64,000 nucleotides of DNA, taken from the NCBI RefSeq assembly GCF_963676685.1, contig NC_092352.1, positions 42,904,001 through 42,968,000 of the forward strand, read 5' to 3'. The notes beneath the pieces are model-generated. The model did not search any database, had not been told where the DNA came from, and was given only the letters and a program-made list of their open reading frames with translations. A program made the translations under genes and the position numbers. The DNA is from Mytilus edulis. Its lineage: Eukaryota. How positions within the stretch are numbered: the stretch's first letter is position 1; the number at the start of each line of letters is the position of its first letter. This document shows positions 63,515 to 64,000 of the stretch, piece by piece.

Positions 63515-64000
63515 TTTTTATGCCCCACCTACGATAGTAGAGGGGCATTATGTTTTCGGTCTGTGCGTCCGTTCGTTCAGGTTAAAGTTTTTTGTCAAGA
63601 TAGTTTTTGATGAAGTTGGAGTCCAATCAACCTCAAACTTAGTACACATGTTCCCTATGATATGATCTTTCTAATTTAATTGCCAAATTAGACTTTTGAC
63701 CCCGATTTCACGGTCCACTGAACATAGAAAATAATAGTGCAAGTTTCAGGTTAAAGTTTTTGGTCAAGGTAGTTTTTGATGAAGTTGAAGTCCAATCAAC
63801 TTCAGACTTAGTACACATGTTCCCTATGATATGATCTTTCTAATTTAATTGCCAAATTAGACTTTTGACCCCAATTTCACGGTCCACTGAACATAGAAAA
63901 TAATAGTGCAAGTTTCAGGTTAAATTTTTGGTCAAGGTAGTTTTTGATGAAGTTGAAGTCCAATCAACTTCAAACTTAGTACACATGTTCCCTATGATAT
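63515..64000. repeat. Helentron/HINE-like end followed by a 169-bp satellite array running off the window
   Basis: TTTTATGCCCC-ACCTACGATAGTAGA-GGGGCAT hairpin and GTCC/GTTC microsatellite, then units starting at 63578, 63747 and 63916. Confidence 0.85.

Overview
AT-rich, intron-rich animal genomic DNA. The repeat families resemble those of mytilid bivalves (inference from recall, not searched). Most ORF-track entries are spurious; the real genes are spliced and all lie on the minus strand. (1) 716-14910: 8 coding exons, missed by the ORF track, encode a secreted protein with two 12-Cys Ly6/uPAR (three-finger)-like domains, each carrying a basic KR motif in one loop; the gene appears to continue off the left edge. 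(2) 22680-27344: decayed exons of a membrane protein. (3) 28369-35068: two-exon, 181-aa signal peptide + J-domain + TM gene with a TATA box and a consensus tandem ISRE/IRF element just upstream. (4) 42953-49421: decayed 4-exon hAT-like DDE transposase whose spliced C-terminus is a Spindlin (Spin/Ssty)-type Tudor domain with the methyl-lysine cage positions retained (top finding). (5) 52050-59258: MULE transposase with one MITE in its coding exon and a nest of DNA transposons in its last intron. Also present: a hammerhead-ribozyme/retrozyme-like repeat, a 2-kb fold-back, many MITEs, satellite-bearing Helentron-like elements, a Penelope-like RT fragment, a tRNA-derived relic and a 100-N gap with artefactually duplicated flanks.
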